Below, piece after piece: positions 60,530 through 64,000 of a DNA stretch of 64,000 bases (its first letter is position 1; each line of letters begins with the position of its first letter). Source of the stretch: Promethearchaeota archaeon (GTDB lineage Archaea; Asgardarchaeota; Lokiarchaeia; Sigyniarchaeales; SOKP01); NCBI GenBank assembly GCA_016839555.1, contig JAEOUA010000010.1, forward strand, positions 96,001-160,000, read 5' to 3'. The notes beneath the pieces were generated by a model. That model saw only the letters and a list, made by a program, of their open reading frames with translations, was not told the origin of the DNA and ran no database searches. The position numbers and the translations under genes were made by a program.

Positions 60530-61648
60530 TTATTCTATATTAAATTTTCTTAATAGAAAATTATTAATTTTTTGGGATCTCATTTCTGTTGCGTAGGCTA
60601 TCAAGATCGACAAAAAGTTGCTGGAGAAATACCCAATAAAAAAGAGAAGCCCATTATTAATATCCCCTATAAATATTGTTAAGTAATTAAATAAAGAAAA
60701 ATGGACAATATAAAGCGTAAAGGTATAACTGGCCATAAATCTTATGATTTTTTTGAATCTTTCCTTATATTTAACTTGAGTATATTGAGAATAAATAAGG
60801 AGAAAAAAAACAAAACCAACTAAAATAACAAGATATTCAATATCATATGGCGTCAAATCTAATAGGAATAGAGATCCAATAGAACCAATTATAAATATTA
60901 TCAATGATAAGTATAAAAATATTTTATTAATTTTTTTTTGTCCGATCCAATTTTTATCTAATTGTTTCTTTTTTTGTATTATATGATTATATCTATTTAA
61001 TACGATCGTAATAAATATACCACAAACCCAGATAAAAAATAAGCCTGTATCGCCTATTCTATTTACTTTATACCATGGACCTAAATACACAGCTATGACC
61101 ATAAAAGCAAGGGTTCCCAAAATACCATAATATCTATTTTTATTCTTTAGATTCTTTTTCTCAAGCATTAACCAACCCAAGAATAAATAACTCCAAAAAA
61201 AATTTGGTAAGGTCCAGAGGTTATAAGAGGAGCCAAAATTAGGAATATTAAAAACAGAATCGTTAAGAAAAAATAAATTAAGGATGAAAATGAAAATATC
61301 ATAAGTTGCTAGCGTTTCTCCTGAAAGAATAAAAAAAAAGTCGATAATGACTAAAAAAACCATACTTAATAAAAAACTTGGATATATTCTGGAAATTCTA
61401 TTGAAAAAATATTTAGTAAACCCATAATCTTCTTGTTTTTCTTTAATTAAAAGTGAATAAGAAGTAAATATCCCACTTAAAAGAAAGATTAGAGGAAATG
61501 AGATAGAACCAAACACTCCAGGAGTTATAGGAGGTATTATTCCCATTATAGCCATTCCATGAGCGAAAGCTACATTCTGAATGGCAATAACTCTAATTAT
61601 ATCAAGATTTATTGAGGCTGTTTCCGAGAATCTAAAATCAAACTCCAT
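60530..61648 (-). CDS. Acyltransferase-3 membrane protein, copy 7
   Basis: LDIIR...AHG, FLLSG, NRISRIYP, NLWTLP. Confidence 0.85.
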   Translation of the reverse strand: MEFDFRFSETASINLDIIRVIAIQNVAFAHGMAIMGIIPPITPGVFGSISFPLIFLLSGIFTSYSLLIKEKQEDYGFTKYFFNRISRIYPSFLLSMVFLVIIDFFFILSGETLATYDIFIFILNLFFLNDSVFNIPNFGSSYNLWTLPNFFWSYLFLGWLMLEKKNLKNKNRYYGILGTLAFMVIAVYLGPWYKVNRIGDTGLFFIWVCGIFITIVLNRYNHIIQKKKQLDKNWIGQKKINKIFLYLSLIIFIIGSIGSLFLLDLTPYDIEYLVILVGFVFFLLIYSQYTQVKYKERFKKIIRFMASYTFTLYIVHFSLFNYLTIFIGDINNGLLFFIGYFSSNFLSILIAYATEMRSQKINNFLLRKFNIE

Positions 61649-61673
61649 GATATTAAAAATTAATTTTTACTTT

Positions 61674-62837
61674 TTAATAAATTCTAACTTTTTCTCTACC
61701 ATTTTTTGATAATTTTTGGGTTTTTGTCTCTAACCCAAACAATTTTAAAAGATAATGATAAATTTTCTCTGATTTCATCTCAGTAAAATATGCAATTATG
61801 AACGATAAAATATTGACATTAATATAGATAATTATAAAATAAATAACATTATCAAATGGTTTTAATAAGAAATTAAATACAGCTACATGGATCAAGAATA
61901 AGGTAAAGGAGTAACTCGCTATAAAATTTAAAGCTTTTTTAACTTTTTTTGGATATATAAAATCAGTATATTGAGAGATTATTAGAAGAAAAAAAACTGC
62001 TCCAGTTAAAAATAAATTATATACTAATTCATACGGGTTGTCAAATTTAAAGTAAATACCCCTCAATAGGGCCATAATAAATAAGAATGTGGAAATTGCT
62101 AGCGAAACGTATTTTACTTTTTTTTTTAATTGATTTTTTCTTTTCACTTCATCAAAATTATTTTTTAGAGATTTTTTTTCAATATACGTATTTAATCTAA
62201 TCATTAAAAATAAGAATACAGCACTTAATATCCATATAATTATATAATTTATTTTTTTAGTTGTTTGAGTCCCTAAACAAATTATAATGATTATTAAACT
62301 AAATAATGCCAGTATAATGATATACAAGAAATAATTTCTTTTAGTTGTCCTTAATCCAAGTAAAAGCCATCCGAAAAGCAAGTACATATACCAGAAAAGA
62401 GGCAAAAACCATAAATGACGATTAAACCCATAATAAGGAAATCCAAGTACCGAATTATTCAAAAGAATGATATTGATTAAAAATATATCAATATTTTCAA
62501 GAAACTTATATTTATTTAACCAATCAAAAAAAATGATAACTATAAATCCGATTAATAATACCGGATAAATTCTAGAGAATCTCCTCAAAAAATATCGTTT
62601 AAAATCATAGTTCTTATCCCTCTTTCCTTTAATAATTGAATAAGCAATAAGGAATCCGCTTATAAGCATCAAGAAAGTAAACCCAGAAACGCCAATAGGA
62701 TTGTCTAGAGGTATTGCTGCAATGTTTTCCAATCCATGACAAAATGCAATTGTTTGAATTGAAAAAACTCGTAAAATATTAATATGTATGGAAGCAGTAT
62801 CGGAGAGGGTGAAATTATTATTTTTCATATTAGACAA
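61674..62837 (-). CDS. Acyltransferase-3 membrane protein, copy 8
   Basis: CHG, LISGFLI, RRFSRIYP, RHLWFLP. Confidence 0.85.
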   Translation of the reverse strand: MSNMKNNNFTLSDTASIHINILRVFSIQTIAFCHGLENIAAIPLDNPIGVSGFTFLMLISGFLIAYSIIKGKRDKNYDFKRYFLRRFSRIYPVLLIGFIVIIFFDWLNKYKFLENIDIFLINIILLNNSVLGFPYYGFNRHLWFLPLFWYMYLLFGWLLLGLRTTKRNYFLYIIILALFSLIIIIICLGTQTTKKINYIIIWILSAVFLFLMIRLNTYIEKKSLKNNFDEVKRKNQLKKKVKYVSLAISTFLFIMALLRGIYFKFDNPYELVYNLFLTGAVFFLLIISQYTDFIYPKKVKKALNFIASYSFTLFLIHVAVFNFLLKPFDNVIYFIIIYINVNILSFIIAYFTEMKSEKIYHYLLKLFGLETKTQKLSKNGREKVRIY

Positions 62838-62918
62838 AATTAATAATTAATATCATCTAATAATTATTCAAATATTTAAAATCTTTAGAATTATAGTTAT
62901 GGATATTAATATTTGAGA

Positions 62919-64000
62919 TTAATCCTCCAAATTTAGCTTCTTCAATAAATATTTTTCAATATTTCTTGCTTTCCTTTCGGTAAAGGAGGCAATTAATATA
63001 GATAAAAGATTAGAAATTACATATCCTAATAAAAATAATAAGAAAGGATGAACAGTATCCCTAAACGGTAGTAAAAAATGATATGTCGGAAAATGTAGAA
63101 TATATAATGTAAAGGAATAGCTAGATAAGAATTTTGCAATTTTTTTTACTCTTGGATTAAATTTAAAGGTTGTATATTGTGAAAAAATATATAAGAACAA
63201 AATCGATAAAATTACTAACACGATATGATTTATATTGTATGTATCTAGAGTAAGAATTTGATTAAAGAGTGCTATTATATATAAAACTGCAGAAATCCCC
63301 CCATAGAATATAGGACTAGAAAAAATTCTTTTGACTAAATTTAACTCTTTATTTTCTATATGAGTTGAGATTCCTTTTTGTGGATTATTATCATTAATTT
63401 TGTATTTATCTCTCCCTTTATAATATTTATTCAATATTAAGAAAACAAAAACACCTGAAACCCATATATATAACATTTTAATATTATTGATCAAATTTTC
63501 TTTATAGAGAGGGCCACAAAATGTAAATAACATCATAAATGTAAAAAATATTAGAAAAAGATAATAATAAGCTTTTTTCTTCGTTGTTTTTTTCCCAAGA
63601 ATAATCCAACCCAAAAATAAATAAGACCACCAAAATATAGGCAAGGTCCAAAGAGGGTTTGCAGAACCAAAACTGGGCAATCCTAGTATGGATTCATTGA
63701 TTAATAATAAACAAGCTATAAAAGAGACAATATTATATGAATATATTGAGCGATCTAATTCATTAAAAGTTGCCCAATATCCATCAATAAAAATAATAAG
63801 GATTAGTGAAACTACCAAAGGGGGGTAAATTCTTGCGAAGCGATTAACAAAATATTTTTTAAAATCATAATCTTCTCTATCTAATTTATTAAAAAGTGAA
63901 AAAGTTGTTAAGAGTCCGCTTAACAGAAAGAATGTAATGATTGAGGTTTTACCTATTTCTATAGCTAGCTGCAAATCCAAAACTAAACCTAAACCATGAC
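62919..64000 (-). CDS. Acyltransferase-3 membrane protein, copy 9 (5' end beyond window)
   Basis: Frame open to the window edge (...HGLGLVLDLQL); FFLLSG, NRFARIYP, PLWTLP. Confidence 0.85.
   Translation of the reverse strand, partial: HGLGLVLDLQLAIEIGKTSIITFFLLSGLLTTFSLFNKLDREDYDFKKYFVNRFARIYPPLVVSLILIIFIDGYWATFNELDRSIYSYNIVSFIACLLLINESILGLPSFGSANPLWTLPIFWWSYLFLGWIILGKKTTKKKAYYYLFLIFFTFMMLFTFCGPLYKENLINNIKMLYIWVSGVFVFLILNKYYKGRDKYKINDNNPQKGISTHIENKELNLVKRIFSSPIFYGGISAVLYIIALFNQILTLDTYNINHIVLVILSILFLYIFSQYTTFKFNPRVKKIAKFLSSYSFTLYILHFPTYHFLLPFRDTVHPFLLFLLGYVISNLLSILIASFTERKARNIEKYLLKKLNLED

Overview
AT-rich archaeal window, most likely from an Asgard archaeon (Lokiarchaeia-like). This is inferred from an actin-family gene, two small GTPases (one apparently fused to longin/uDENN-like and roadblock-like domains), and anaerobic-archaeal genes such as HdrBC, MtrH, AOR and MA1821/MA1822-type homocysteine synthesis. 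Top finding: a MoxR/CoxD-type AAA+ ATPase gene (43065-44008, minus) that the ORF track only partly calls is interrupted by three tiny insertions of 31, 30 and 31 nt. Each folds into an archaeal bulge-helix-bulge (BHB)-type splice structure. Cutting each after the 2nd nt of its 3-nt bulges restores a continuous 283-aa ORF with intact Walker A (GEPGTGKT) and Walker B (IDEIDKADIEFPNDLL). This points to a multi-intron protein-coding gene spliced by the tRNA-splicing endonuclease. Also notable: a putative actin-regulation locus (proline-rich protein with a WH2-like tail, a large longin-like/helical protein, a divergent actin), a >=13 kb tandem array of acyltransferase-3 paralogs with decaying copies, and a candidate tandem operator for the homocysteine-synthesis genes. 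No rRNA, tRNA, CRISPR array or transposase was recognised.
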